Source: Paecilomyces variotii
Lineage: Eukaryota
Strand: one strand, 5' to 3'
NCBI GenBank assembly: GCA_004022145.1
Contig: RCNU01000007.1
DNA: 64,000 nucleotides
In this document: piece after piece, positions 13,831-28,018 of the stretch
Numbering within the stretch: the first letter of the stretch is position 1
Layout of the letters: every line of letters begins with the position of its first letter
Translations under genes and position numbers: made by a program
Notes under the pieces: model-generated
Seen by the model: the letters and a program-made list of their open reading frames with translations, nothing else
What the model was told of the DNA's origin: nothing
The model's database searches: none

Positions 13831-14340
13831 ATCTTTCTGGCCAGGACATATCAAACTGTTGTTCAGTTATCCAGTCTGCTCGAACATGAAGGCCCAAAAA
13901 TAGTGTCCTTTGTGAAATCTAGGCCACCGGAGAACATTGACACGCTGGGTCCGAGAGAGAAGAAGGCAGCTAAGGAGCTCTTGCGCAATCATCTTCAGTA
14001 TACACTATGGAACACAGGCCCAAAAGAATCACCGGATCTGAATCATACATTCGGCTATCAAGACACAGTTTCTGGCCAAGGTCTTGGGCTGATCGGGACA
14101 GTCTTCGATGATGGTGAACCACACATCCAAAGGCCACTCGATGATCTGACTAGCGAAGACGCTTGGAAGACGGTCGTTGGACAAGATGATGATGGAAGCC
14201 CCCGCATACCCTGCCTCCTGAGGTATTCACAGAGTGGTTTCAAAAGACAAGGAAACATCCAAAGAGCAAAGTTGAAGTTTTTGGATCGGGAAGCTGAAAT
14301 TCTGGAAGAGCGCAATCTACAGGAAAGGTGTGGTACATAG
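13831..14340 (+). other. Orphan open reading frame or gene fragment (~170 open codons, no in-frame ATG found)
   Basis: The frame is open from ~13831 to the TAG at 14340 with protein-like composition; no recognisable motif. Confidence 0.3.
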
Positions 14341-15248
14341 TTGTATTTCTTAGTTCGATACCCTTTGGTTCCTGATGTGGAAATGGCGTAACTATTCCAT
14401 TATCAACTAACTAGGTAGCTGCCTGCTAGTGATCGAGCTTCGTTCTTTACCTAACTTGGAGAGCCAGAGAGGCACACTTCCTTTCAGGCTACCGCAGATT
14501 GGTGAATTTTCCATTAGCAGTAGCTGCCTAGGATAAATCCAGAATAGTTGAAGATTCATACAAACTGCAGGAGGTCAATTAGTCGCCCATGATACCCTGT
14601 AGATAAAAAAAGACCAAACAGCTGCACAGCGGCTAAAGATGCTTGTTCTTCGCGGAAGGAAATCCGACTGGACAAGAAGAGTTGGTTGTCTGTGAAAAGG
14701 CCGATTGGGGTTGCTGCATGCACCTTTCTGTCTTAGAGTACTCATTATTGACAAAGAGTCTCAGCTGTGTCTGTATGAGAAGGACTCTGACTGTGGCTGA
14801 CTAGTAGAAAGTGAGTGAGATGTCGTGCATCAACTGGAGCAAAGATGAACACCGGCGGTTGCGGAGACGTCAGAGCTCCATCCGGATGGGCCCTGACTTT
14901 CCCGAATGCGCCTCCAAGCAAGGCTGAAATTCTCCTCATTTACTTCCGATGCGTCGCCTCCTCTTTAGCAACTCTCCCCGGTACCAAAAATAGTGCAGGT
15001 ATATCTCAGAATCCCCTGGTCTTACTTCCCCCGTTGCTCGTGGCCTCCACGTTGATGCTCGATCTGGGCGGCCTGTGACGTCCATCCCATCCAGCTTCAT
15101 CCGACACTCCCTCCCCTCCTCCCCCCTCATTCTGCTTCTTTAGCTGCTCCTAACCGGTCTTTTTGCCTCTGACACGCGACAATTCGACTAGTATATCACC
15201 CCTATGCGCTGCTAGGTACACGTGAGATCCGCTCGGCGACGCGCAACC

Positions 15249-17720
15249 ATGACGCGGGACGCCTACTTGAAAAGGTCCCTCGGGACCCTATCGAAGAAGA
15301 TCAAGGAGGTGAGAGGTTCTGAGTACCTGCGCTTCTTCTTTGCGAATCCCCCAGTGCGTCTCATAAGCTGCAGAATACTGACCTGTTCATTGCGCTTCTA
15401 GTCGCGCGTTCTTCTCGTGGGCGCTGGTGGTATCGGCTGCGAGCTCCTCAAGAACCTCCTCCTGACCGGCTTCGGTGAGATCCATGTAATCGATCTGGAT
15501 ACGATCGATCTGAGCAATCTGAACCGGCAGTTCCTTTTCCGCTACGAACATATCAAGAAGCCCAAGGCTTTGGTGCGTGCTCCACCTTGCGCCCTTCCTA
15601 TGATCCTCCCTCGTCGTCCGGACGCCCTCGTACGGTTTGCGCCGCAGATAATCTGACATTATTGGGGGCGAAAATAGGTAGCCAAAGAGGTCGCGCATAA
15701 GTTCCAACCTAACGCCAAGATTGAGGCCTATCATGCGAATATCAAGGATAGCCAATTCAATGTCGACTGGTTCACGACGTTTAACATTGTCTTCAACGCC
15801 TTGGATAATCTCGATGCCCGGCGACACGTGAACAGGATGTGCCTGGCGGCCAATATGCCCTTGATTGAGAGTGGGACTACAGGATTCAACGGACAAGTTC
15901 AGGTCATCAAGAAAGTAAGATACGCCAGCTCGGCCCAGACAAAGTGATGCGCCTGGCCAATAGGATCATAGCTGATGCGAATCATCACAGGGTCAAACTG
16001 AGTGCTACGACTGTAATTCGAAGGAAGTGCCCAAAAGCTTTCCAGTCTGCACGATACGCAGCACGCCTAGCCAGCCTATTCACTGCATCGTATGGGCAAA
16101 GAGCTATCTTCTCCCGTGAGTCTCATTAACGCAAACGATTCAGAGCTTTTACGCTGACCTATACCAGAGAACTTTTCGGCGAGAGCGAGGACGATGCAGA
16201 GTTCGACCATTCCGAAGACTCTGATAATGGTACGCTGCACTACACTCTAAAATGCATCTGATCACTCGGACTGACGTTCTCGTAGCCCAAGAAATCGAAA
16301 ATCTTCGTCGCGAAGCCCGGGCTCTTAAGGAGATTCGCAGTGCTATGGGCTCGGATGAATTTGCGCAGAAAGTGTTTAACAAGGTCTTTAAAGAGGATAT
16401 CGAGAGGTTACGGGGTATGGAAGACATGTGGAAGACGCGCAAGGCTCCGGAACCCCTCGATTTCGATACACTACAGCAGCAGGCTTCCTCAATAGAGACG
16501 ACCATCTCCTCCAACGACCAAAAGGTCTGGACGTTATCAGAGGACTTCGCAGTCTTCAAGGACAGGTGAGACATCATTTTTCATCTATGATCATCACCCC
16601 TGGTTGACCGTAATGCAGCCTGGATCGCTTAAGCAAGCGACTACGGACTCTACAGGAGACTACAAAGGATAGCATTCGCCCTATCATCACCTTCGACAAG
16701 GATGACGTGGATACACTCGATTTCGTCGCCGCAAGCGCAAACCTGCGGTCTGCTATCTTCGGTATCGAGGCAAAGTCAAAATTCGATATCAAGCGTATGT
16801 GGACCTCAGATCCTCCACCCATGCCATGACTGGAGTTTGTATTAACAATATTGTGCAGAGATGGCCGGAAACATCATTCCAGCTATTGCAACTACGAATG
16901 CTATGACGGCGGGTCTATGTGTGTTACAAGCGTTCAAGGTCCTGAGAGATGATTACGAACATGCCAAGATGGTAAGAATTTGGAAACTGCTTATTTACGC
17001 TTGATGATTGACTTTTACTGTCCGAATAGGTCTTCTTGGAACGCTCCGGTGCTCGTGCCATCAATTCAGATAGTCTGAAACCGCCGAATCCTAACTGCCC
17101 TGTTTGCTCCGTCGCACAAGGTCGGGTGTTCTATGACCCTGAGAAGGCCACATTGAAAGACTTAGTCGAAGGGATTCTCCGTTCGAATCTTGGCTACGGC
17201 GAAGAGTTCTCTGTTACCACTGATCTTGGTACCATATTCGACCCTGACCTAGAAGACAATCTTCCAAAGAAACTGTCTGAGCTAGGGGTTAAAAATGAGA
17301 GCTTCATCACTGTCGTAGACGAAGAGGATGATGAGCCACGAGTCAATTTGGAGCTGGTATTATCGGTGAAGTGAGTATAATCGCAGGCAATCTCCCCGAA
17401 GATCGAGATACTAACAATTAGTCAGGTCTGAATCTGCCCAAGAAGGGAAGCCAGTCTCTCTCGAAAAGGCGATCGAGATTCCCCGGAAGCCTAAAGCACC
17501 TGCTCCGGAACCTCCAAAGGATGAACATGTCAATGGCGTCTCTGGCCCCGACACGAACGGTATTGCCGGAAAGCGGAAACGCGATGCTGAAGAGGCAGAA
17601 ATCACTAATGGCCAGGAAAGAGCCAAGCGGTTCCACGGGAATGCCGTCGATGGAGACGGTGACAATCCTATCGTGCTGGACGAAGCAGATAGTGGTGCTA
17701 TTTTGATCGACGACGATTGA
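15249..17720 (+). CDS. UBA2: SUMO-activating enzyme E1 catalytic subunit, multi-exon
   Basis: [46 protein letters not shown], catalytic [44 protein letters not shown]. Confidence 0.95.
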
Positions 17721-18260
17721 ATGAGTCGCTAACTTACTATTCTAGAATGGGGTTCCTAGATAGTAGTCTGTTGACTCACTGCCTCTGGACCAGTTCTTGC
17801 CTTGCAGCACGACGGGCCCGGAGAAAGTGCCCGGCTTTCGTCGGACAATCTGACCGATTTCTGTACCATACACTCGAAAAATATCTCCAGGAGTTCCGCA
17901 AAATTGGGTTTGGTGCTTTTTAGAAAGCGGCAGGGTTGGGTGTTTTGCATCTAGCGGAGTGGTCGTTCAGAGCCGTTTAATGAATTACATGTCGCATCGT
18001 CAGCTTGAAGGACCATGGCCATCCGTCGTGGTGTGTCAACCATTCCCAATCAAGGTCGCTGAAACGTGAACCAGTGTACAAGATAGACCTCCTTTGCAAG
18101 GGTGGCACGATAGGTAGGAACTCTGGGAAAACGGGAGTTTGGTCCATAGTCGTCACCACCAATGTCAATAGGAGCAATAAGATTCTATCGTCATGGCCAC
18201 TCTTCACGATTAAGGCCATCATCGAAACTCCGCATTCTTTGGTAGACCTATGAATAGCCA

Positions 18261-19499
18261 TCATACTGCACTCAATCCGCCGTCGAGATTGAGCACGCAG
18301 TTATTGGCGTATTCGTTCTCTGCTAGGAAGACTGCTGCATCGGCAATCTCCTGGGGGCTTCCAAAACGCTTCAACGGGATGCTCTGCTTCAGTCTTTCAA
18401 GCTCGGTGGGAGCCATGTCTGCATTTCCAGCTTATCAGCAAAGAGTACCAGTGCACAAGGGACTGAAAAAAAAAAAAAAAAAAAGGTTTATTTACCTTCA
18501 ATCATCGGCGTTTCTATGTATCCTGGGACGAGCACATTGGAACGGATCACCACATCTCGAAGGGTCTCCGAAGCCTCAACTGTGAGCGAACGTGTGAGCC
18601 CCAAGAGACCTGCCTTTGACGCAGCGTAGGGCACGGCGCCGGTTCCACCTTTGTGTGACAGCAATGACGAAACATTGATGATACATTTTGAACGTATTCT
18701 GGACTCTGGATCGGTCTTATTGCGGTTCTTAATGCGACTGCGAACAGAAGCGCGTAGAAAAGCACGGGAAGTGAGTAGTGCGCCTTCAAGATTTGTACGG
18801 AGTGTTCGGGAGATGTCTTTGGGGTCGATCTTCGGAAGTAGATTTGATAGAGATATTCCAGCAGCATTTACTAGGATATCAATAGATTCCTGTAGGTAGA
18901 AATGGTAGTGAGTTCGTTGTTCTTGGAACTTATTGAGCTATATGGGACGAAATTAAATGAAGATCATGCTTGATTCCTCTTACCAATTCTTTCTCCAACG
19001 TCCTGCTCCAAGAATCGATTTCCGAGACGTCTCCTACCAGTATAGAGATCTTTTCCGACACTGAAGTCACCTGTCCTTGTGCTCCATCGTTGCTATTTGG
19101 TTTATATTCTGTGGAGATAGATGTATTTTCAGCACCGTGCTGTAGTTGTTTCGCGGCATCTAATAGCCTTGGATAAGATCTCCCAACAATAACGACCTTC
19201 GATGCTCCCTCATTGAGAAACCTTTCAGCTATAGCCAGTCCTATCCCGGATGAACCACCGGTGATCATACAGCTGCGGCCACAGAGACGGGCACTGGACG
19301 AAGGTAATGAATCGTGTCGGCTGCTTTCCTTGGGCGATGAACGTTGCTTCGGTTGTCGATCCGGATTGTCTAATTCTTCATTGGGAACATGGCAAATGAA
19401 TCGATTCCGGTTGTTATTCAGACGCCATGGAAGTGAGTATGGAGTAGGGCGTAGGAAAGGTCGTCCGAAGGCGACGGAGAGGGACCGGCCAGACTGCAT
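18261..19499 (-). CDS. Short-chain dehydrogenase, probable mitochondrial 3-oxoacyl-ACP reductase (OAR1/CBR4-like), 3 exons
   Basis: Arg-rich presequence, ITGGSSGIGLAIA, LVNAAGI, YAASKAG, NAIVPGYIETPM, IPLKRFG..EIADAA, LNLDGGLSAV*. Confidence 0.85.
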
Positions 19500-19810
19500 T
19501 GAGGGAATGTCGCTAATGACAAATGAGGAACTGTAGATGATGTCACAAAATGCAATGGTAGAATTTCATTACTGAAAGACAACAGCAGCATTCAACGACC
19601 GGAAAACATTCGAAAGATACCATCAAGAGATTGTCACTTGAGCTTCGCGCGTCCCCCGAATCGGAGCTTGAGCACAGACCACTTCGGACATGGGAGGGGA
19701 AAATAACTTCAGCTTCCGCTAACTACTTCATCTGCCTAATAATAATTTTCTCCCGGGGCGACTTTTCCAGTCTTTCAAAAACTATCTTTCAGCAACTTAT
19801 TTGCGTCAAT

Positions 19811-20268
19811 ATGTCTCTAGAGGACTCGACGCCCGCTGAATATGTGACTCTGGTCTCCAGCGACGGGTTTGAATTTGTGCTTCCGCGAAGCACAGCATGC
19901 GTATCAGGCACGATCAGACGGATGCTGGATCCAGCGAGTATGTCTCTGGCTCTGGAGGAACTCGACGTGTTTTCGCTAACGACATCATTTTCTGCGCTTA
20001 GGTAAATTTTCAGAGGCAATCACTGGTCGTTGTGTACTAGAGAATATCAGGTGTGTTATGGTCCAAGCTTCTTGATACATGTAACGTATCCATGTGCTGG
20101 ATGTGCTGACAGTATTCTGCGGGAAATAGTGGAGTTGTTCTCGAAAAGGTCTGCGAGTACTTCTGCTATAATGAGAAGAATAAGGATCAGGCAAACGTTG
20201 CGGATATGGACATACCATCGGAGCTCTGTTTGGAGTTACTGATGGCGGCGGATTATTTGGATACCTAA
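19811..20268 (+). CDS. ELC1: Elongin C, 3 exons
   Basis: YVTLVSSDGFEFV..R..ACVSGTIRRML; spliced LENISGVVLEKVCEYF; ELCLELLMAADYLDT*. Confidence 0.95.
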
Positions 20269-20864
20269 GGTATGTCTATCATTGACTTGGATCTAAGCCC
20301 GCTAGAATTCCATACTAATACAATAAGCCGAAAATTCAGATGGAGTATTGCAACTAATTACGATTCATATATGTGTTCATGGGATCTGGTCTGGGCACGA
20401 TGGTTGGTCGGTGGCGTTTGGCTGCGTTTCTATCATTCTATATGGGAGTAATCATTGCGCAATTATACCTACCTCAAGGGAGAAGGCTTTCAGTGTCATG
20501 ATCATCATTAGCTTATATCAATTGCCGCTGTGGTGGCCACCGCATGACGAAGGACACCGGTGAAGCTTTTTTAGCGTCTCAGAGCCAGCGCGACTCTCCA
20601 AGCCAAAAGAATTGGCAAGGTGATGAGTCCTATGCTGCAATTCTTGCACTGAGCACCCGGCCATCATCAGCATCTCGTCCGTCCTTTCTTCTTCACATGG
20701 ACTGACGACCTAAAGACGATGGCAGATTGATATCGAGGAGATCTCCTTCCTATTCAGCCGATAATCTGCATCTTTAGATATTTGGCCTTATTCCGGGGGA
20801 GACATTTCCTGTAACTTTTGCGTTCCGCGCGAGAGATGATTTAGCACCTGGGATGCACGGATAA

Positions 20865-22405
20865 TCATCTTCCTCTACCTCGTCCTCTTCCACCTCTTCC
20901 ACCTCGTGAGAATCCACCTCTTTTACCTCCCCTGAAGACACCCTTATCCTCATAGATCTTCTCGCGCGAGAATCCTGCGTCTGCAATCCTCAAGAAGCTC
21001 ACGACTCCTTGATCCACGACAGCCAGGACAACATTCCTGTACCCATGTCGAAGTCGCATGTATAACATTTTGTCCATTTTCTCGCCGCGAGGAGGATCGT
21101 ATGGGGTGCTCTCCAGGAGAGCGCTAATTTGTGACTTTGTAGGCAATGTCGTCTGCTCGCGGGCATTAACCACAGCTATCCGGAAATCGGGCGTCGGTGG
21201 AGCTGATTTGCGGAAAGGTGTGGACGGCTTATATACATGGTAGGCGACGCGGAATGGGGGCGTCGTGGGGTTTCGAGCAGGCTTCTCAATTGCGGGATCC
21301 TGAAAAGATATCAAAGACAGTCGTCGGTATATATCATCTGCAGTCCGATTAATATGACATTCAATCACTGGTATGTTTCTGGAGATCAAGCCGTATGACT
21401 TACTGTAGCTGCGATGTATACCCAGCCCTACCACTGGGCCCGTCGCCGTAGACGCTGACGAAGTGACATTGTATATGGACCTGCACAACCGACCCAAAAA
21501 TCCCATCAGATCCACGACTTTACCGCTATTGGATCGGACATCCGCCAAGGCACCTTCGTTGGCTTCTTCTGTGCTCTCGTCCCAGCTTGGTGCTCGGACA
21601 AGCGTGTATCCTCCTCTCTTGAGACCAGAGTAGACAGTGAATCTCTCCAGCGTCAAACCTCCTCTTCCAATGAAACATGCATATGCCGCTTGGAGACTCA
21701 TTGGGATGCTCAGGTCCTCATCGTCTTCCTCATCTGAATCTTCCGACAGCCATCGAATATCCAAGCTCCCTCTCTCAAGCAAATACAGGGCCTCTTCTGG
21801 CAGTAGCCAGACTCGATTCCACCGATCTCCCTGTCCTACTGTTCTGAAGTGCTGGCCCTTTGGATTCGGAACATAAACGCATGCATCGGGAGATATTGTA
21901 GATCCTGTCCCTGCGCTCTTTTGTACTTTTGGTTCCTCGGTCTTTTTCTCGCCTTCCTCCTGAATGGCTGTCATGCCCGTAGACTTCGAAGAGGGTGAAG
22001 GCGGTGCAAATCCGTCTGGCGCGTAGTAGCCGACTACCTTATTCTTTGGATGATGCAGACGTGGAAATGAGAGCGCATTGTGCATAGCCTGTCGCGAAGC
22101 AGCTAAAGCATCTGACTGGAAAAGCGTCGGGTTTGGTTCGAAGTCTTTCTCTCCACGACGGGGCAGGGCCGTTTGGGACGTGTCTCCGACACTGCTCGTG
22201 ATTCGGAAAGAGTTAGCTAGGATATCTCATAATTGACGAATAGGGAATAATGTTTGAACGCGATTAAGTGATAAGCTGCTACACACATTGACAAATTATT
22301 CAGGAACCGAAAGTCCTGTGTCTCGTCGGAGAGGTCGTGGTCGATATGCGCACCGGAGTCATGCGAGGCGGGGAGATGGATCGCATCTTCGTCTGCGTCC
22401 GCCAT
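20865..22405 (-). CDS. SEN54: tRNA-splicing endonuclease subunit Sen54
   Basis: DLSDETQDFRFL, LPRRGEKDFEP, KGQHFRTVG, WLLPEEALYLLERGSL, VYSGLKRGGY, VYKPSTPFRKSAP, VVLAVVDQGVVSFL. Confidence 0.93.
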
Positions 22406-22966
22406 TGTAGATGAAGGGCGCCCGAATTATACCCAGAGATGAGTAACGTATTGCGAGACAATTTTATGTCCTTGATAAACCGTGAAGGTGAATAGAAAGC
22501 TGATATTGAATTCTCCGAGATCTGAAGTTTAAGATAAAAAAAGTGGACGCCGATCCATGATGTTGGGTTCCGCCTTAGCGCCTCGGATCCTTCAAGGTTA
22601 ACTACATAGTTAGCTCCACGCCAACTCAGCGGGGGATGGAGATGCACCCCGCGGTCCAAATATATCGAGATGTTGTGCCAGCATTTTCCTTCTGCAGCTA
22701 TGTCTAGATGCCTCATCATCTCCGCTAGGATGGGGTAGCCTCTCGTTTATCTTATCTTCTTGGTACGTTCCCTCGTCGCGTGGAAATCGAAATATTAAGA
22801 CAATCAATATTTCCTGTTCAAGTGAACGCTGCCCCGCATGACAATGCTGATCCCAAGAAAATATCCACAGAGCCCAATAAAGCAATGATGACTACCTTGA
22901 CCTCGACCTGAAAGAAAGCGTTATAATTGCTGGTGTATCTGGATTATTCGCAGAACTGTTCGCACC

Positions 22967-23529
22967 ATGTGTCCTCCGCCGTTCAAAGAGGCAAACTCGG
23001 ACTCGTCTCCGAACTATAACGAAGTCCTCCTTCAGGTACGCTTTTCATAACATATTTCTTACTGTTAGAACTTCTCCATTACGCTAGTGGTTCTATTTTG
23101 CCTTTCTTTCCAGAAGTATAAAAATAGAGAAAGAAAAGAAGCGCGGATGTATTAGCATCATTCTTTTATCACACACGCGATCATCCACAACCACTCTTGG
23201 TTCCCCGGTCTTTTCACCCGTCTACTATTCCTAGCGTCTCTCTGCTCCATATTTAGAGATTGGTTCTATGCAGAACTCTGGAAGTGTCCATACTAATTTA
23301 ATTGCAGATATCTACCAACCTATCAAACACTCTTCGTACATTCGGGCCTTCTTCGCATCAGTATCAGGTCGTCTTACAGACACTCAAGGACTGTCTTCAA
23401 GAAATTGACAGTCACAACGCCGAAGCACAAAGATCTGCTCTGGGAGCAGCAAATGGGGCCAAGAATCCACTCGAAATAGACCCTGATATGCTGAGTACGG
23501 CGATGGAGTTTTTGAGCTTAGGCAGCTGA
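22967..23529 (+). CDS. Small hypothetical protein (~97 aa), intron 23036-23307
   Basis: ATG in CACCATG context; exon 1 MCPPPFKEANSDSSPNYNEVLLQ joins in frame via GTACGC..TACTAAT..TGCAG to ISTNLSNTLRTFG...MEFLSLGS*. Confidence 0.65.
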
Positions 23530-24947
23530 GGATGAAATCTCTTTTTGATTTTTGTACGGTCTAGCGTGCCATGTAAATACTTTGATTGGCGATGATCCTC
23601 TAAATGAATATAACATTCGTGAACATATATTGCTCCGGTCATGCGAGATTGATGCCATAGAGTTAGCATACCGATAGAATCGTAGAATACCGCTCGAAAC
23701 ATCGTGAATTTCCTGCTTACGTTGTGCAAAGCCCTGTATTCCAGAGCCTGATAGCCGCCAAGCTTTCTGTTCTCAAATGATGTTTCTGGTATATTTCAAG
23801 TCTTTATGTGGGACCCATGCATGTTGCTATGTATATTATTTGTCCATCGACGTACTATTCTTTTGAAAATGAACGGATACTAGGAAAGGCGAGAGAGAAT
23901 CTGCTAGAATCATTTCTAGTTCGAGATAAATATAGGAAGTTTACCCTTATTGGAAAGGCGTGTGGATATGCCTCTATACGGCGCAGTCACATTATCCATA
24001 GCCTCGAAAGGCAAGGGGCTCGCCGCTGAGACTGAAATGAAATCGGAACCGGCTTTCCGATATGCTGCCCTGAACGAGATATAATCACAAGACCTCAGAT
24101 GTTGCAGCGATCTGTCACTGTCCCCCCTACCCTGTACGCAAGCCCCGTGTAGACTGGCTCGTTTAATGGAGACAACAGCCCGTGGCAATGCAGGTCAATA
24201 GTGATTCGATGTCTAGGTAAACCTCGGGACATACCTAGAGCAAATCGCACCCCGCAGATCTAAGTGTCGATACTAGCGATGGCGGCTGGTCCGTTCGCCG
24301 CCCAGGCGCCGAAAGGCCCAAAACAAAGTGCAAGCGCTTGTTCTAATCAATAATGTCCTTGTTTGCTTGGCGATAAGCGGCGTAGGGTTGAGAAATCAAC
24401 ATAGCTAGCGTCAGATCTAGGTGGGCACTATTATTATGTTGTGCGTTGAAGAAAGGGAGAAACAGTGATGGCTCACAAGCAGATGTCAGAAAGATATCCT
24501 CATCGACTCTCCATGGCGGTTGTTTGGTGACTTTCTGGCTTCTCCCGTGCCCGCTGGTCATCCCCACAGCGCCAATAAACAGACCTCCGGTGCATGGACG
24601 GCTGCCCGCTCACCAGAACTCAACCGCAACAGAAGTGTTCTGTGGCAGCCTTACCATAACTCCGTTGGTGCCTCCTGGTGATCTAGTCGCGCATATCTCA
24701 ATCCTTCTCCCCTCCAGAGTCATTGCGCTCCAATTCTCTCTCGGCTGCAGATCCATCGGGAGCTTCAGCAACTGCGTCATCGCACCGGTCCTGGATGCTG
24801 AATGATCAGCGGTGGCCGCTGCTGCCAGCTTCATGATCATCCGTCACTTTCGAACATCATAACAGAGCAGGCCTGTGAACTGGGTTCCTCGAGCGCTTCG
24901 ATCCACCTGCTGCCGGCCCATGGTGGTCTGGACGCTGCGCTCTCAAC

Positions 24948-26270
24948 ATGGCCGCCTTTGTGCGAGTGTCCGGTCCGCCGAATGGTAACTTCCTCATCGG
25001 CTACCCGGGCATATCTGCCACCATGGTGAGTGTGAATCAAGGTCATCTTTTGTTCTGATGTAATTGCTGACTATCCGAAAGCCGCGAATCGAGGGGAAGG
25101 TGGAGATTCGACCCAGCGTTGGGATCACAGCTCCTGTCCGCATATCCATGGTCACAATCGCCCTCCAGCGTCGAGAGACAATACACCCTTCAGCCGACTC
25201 GATGACGAAGAAACATTTAGCAGCGCCTAGAAAAGAAATCACAGATGTTGTAGGGAAGGAGATGCTTCTGTATCGATGCGCCGCCGGTCGAGATTATGAA
25301 GAAATCACGTCAATGGATCTACCATTTGTCCTGTTCATACCATGGGGGAGAGGAGGTCAAGAGGCGTCGAGACGGGTGCCACCAGCAAGCTTGCAACTAC
25401 CGAGTCGGACAGCTGAAACCTACTATGAAATGGTCGTGATGGTACAACAGGGATCGCAAGAGCAGAGGAAATACGCGTTTCCAGTGCCGATATGTCGATA
25501 CGACACGCTCTCGACATTTGGGATGTATAATCGACCAGAGTCAGCAGAGAGAGTCTCGGATCATTTGGTCACCCTTGGTATCTCATTACCACGGTGGTCT
25601 TACGGGCCTCTCGATCCTGTGAGCGTCTACGTGAAACTGTCGCCTAATCCGGATTGGTTGAGTAAAGCCAAGAAAGTTACGATAAACAAGATCACGATTG
25701 GCATTGATGAAGAGATTATATATAACCACGAAGGAGATGAGCCGCAACGAAAAGTGAAGACCTTAACAAAAAAGACGGAAACGATAGGAATTAAGCTCCC
25801 GGATACCGGATATCTTACGCATTTGGGGCTTGTTTTCCCGGCGAAGGATATGCGCGACGCTGATGGAATTCTCCCACGAGGCAGGGCCGCATTTCCGCTT
25901 CACGCAGTCAGTGGTTTCACAACCACAGCCAGTCTCTACAAAATCGAGTACTATGTGACTGTCAAGGTGCGTTTCACGATCTATACTAACTGACCATTTG
26001 CCAACGGGTCCTAACATTATTTAACAGGCTCATTTGACTTCCGCTCGAGACATTATTATCCGTCAGCCGATTGTCGTTTGCCCCATCGACCATGCTGGGT
26101 GTAAATTAGAGATGGAGGCCATCGAGCAAGCCGCCCGGGATGCAGCATATATCAATCCTGACAACCCTCTGTTACCGCTTCCAACCGTAGTCCGGCCGAG
26201 CGATCCTAACGCATTGTCATCTCTTGGTGTCGCTATAGTGGGCAACCATAAGAAACCACTTATCGACTGA
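24948..26270 (+). CDS. Arrestin-like (alpha-arrestin fold) protein, 3 exons
   Basis: MAAFVRVSGPPNGNFLIGYPGISATM-PRIEGKVEIR; beta-rich body with DLPFVLFIP and YKIEYYVTVK; introns 25026-25081 and ~25967-26027. Confidence 0.7.
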
Positions 26271-27206
26271 GGCATTGGCATGAATACAAAGTCAATTCAG
26301 GTCCCAATAGCCTTCAAACGGCGTCTCAGTCTCCCGGGCGGGCATATACGACTCGCATTGTATCCGGAGAATATGGAAATGGCCCGTTTAGTCACGCAAT
26401 CCCGCCGGGTTCGGACTGCTGTTCATATCTATTGTCTGACTCAATAGTACAGACAAGCATTACCCTTCTTTGCTTACCGTTCCCGCACAGAGGCAACAGG
26501 AAGCGCGGCAAGAGCTGCTTTTTAATTTATTACGGATTTTGTCCATCATTTTTGGGCTGCATTACAGAGCGGCGGTGGCGAGTATAGCTGCATTGGTCTT
26601 GGAGTTTCACGGAGGTCTTGACATAAATTATGCACTACGCCGTTGGACTCATCTGGGTTGGTGATGGATGCTGCTTTTTGATGTTATGTCTGCAGTACAT
26701 GATGTCCTTCTGACGTGCTATGTCCATTTCTGATGATTGGCCATTGAATGGTTATTTGAGTCTTATTTTTATCGACATCATAAATACCGGTGATGATACT
26801 ATGATGCTCACTGGTACAATAGTACAATCGCAATAGCGATGTGATAGACGCAGCTGTTTCTTTTGTCCGTAAGAGAGTGTCCCGTAATATTTGCATATGC
26901 ATTCCCATGAACTGGGTTACTAGATTGTAGAAGTATCTCTTGCAGGTGCGAGAATTAGCCTATCACATTATGATCTGCGCTGATGATTGTATCATTGGCA
27001 TTGGGTATTTTGCTATGGACCTAGTTATGTATGTTAAGTTAGTTAGTTTTATGCATTCGATTAGGTAATCAATGCGGGAATCCTAATCAGGAAAGCTTTC
27101 TATCTTCAGCTTCAACTCCGCTGCTTGATCTTTCCAGTCGCACCAGTACAACTCGCACACTTCTTTTCATTTATAGCGTTCGACGTACCTAGGCTTATAT
27201 CTAATT

Positions 27207-28018
27207 ATGTCAGTCACTGTAAGTTGTCCAAAGTCATCGGAAATTATCGCGCGTCGTGCGCCACAAAGATATCCCATCTCGTTCTACGCATGCAAAGCTC
27301 CAATACTAATCGCGAAACGAATAGCTTCACACCACACATGGGGACCTCAAGGTCGAGATATTCTGCGAGGCAGTTCCTCAGACAGCAGAGGTGAGTGCCT
27401 CGTATGCCTCTTTGCCGCACCCCATCCTAACCACTGACCATGTATCTACCGCAGAACTTCATCGCCCTCTGTGCCTCCGGCGCATACAACGACACTCCCT
27501 TCCACCGTCTCGTCCCTGGCTTCATGATTCAAGGCGGCGATATCTCTCTTGGTCCGGCTCCAGCCTCTCTCTCAACTTTACATCCCATCCTCCCCGTGTC
27601 GGAAATCCCCAAAGGCGGCACATCAATCTACCACCCCTCGGCCTTGAATCAAGAAATCCACCTCCCGACCCTCCGGCATAACGCGCGCGGTATCCTCTCT
27701 ATGGCTGCGCGACCCGTGAAGGACCGCACTGCTCCCGGCTCGCAGAACGCGACTGGCGCCACCGTCAATGGGAGCCAGTTCTTCATCACGTTCGCGGCGG
27801 CGCCACATCTAGATGGAGAAAGTACGGTGTTTGGAAAAGTGCTGAATCTGACGGCGCAAGATGAGGGTGGAGACGTTCTGTCGAAGCTGGAGAAGGCGAA
27901 TGTGAAGATTGATAAGAAGGGGAGGGTCGTGCAGCCGAAGGATGGACAGGAGGGTGGGGAGTATGAGACGTTGAAGTTGAAGAGCGTGACGATTCATGCG
28001 AACCCGTTCGCAAAGTGA
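27207..28018 (+). CDS. cyp10: Cyclophilin-type peptidyl-prolyl isomerase, PPIL3/Cyp10-like, 3 exons (first exon 12 nt)
   Basis: Spliced MSVT-LHTTHGDLKVEIFCEAVPQTAE-NFIALCASG..FHRLVPGFMIQGGD; RGILSMA, NGSQFFITF, HLDG..TVFGKV, VTIHANPFA. Confidence 0.9.

Noticed and set aside
20620-20705. GTGATGA...CTGA...CTGA box C/D-like pattern
   Set aside because: No terminal stem and no guide matching fungal rRNA that I could recognise
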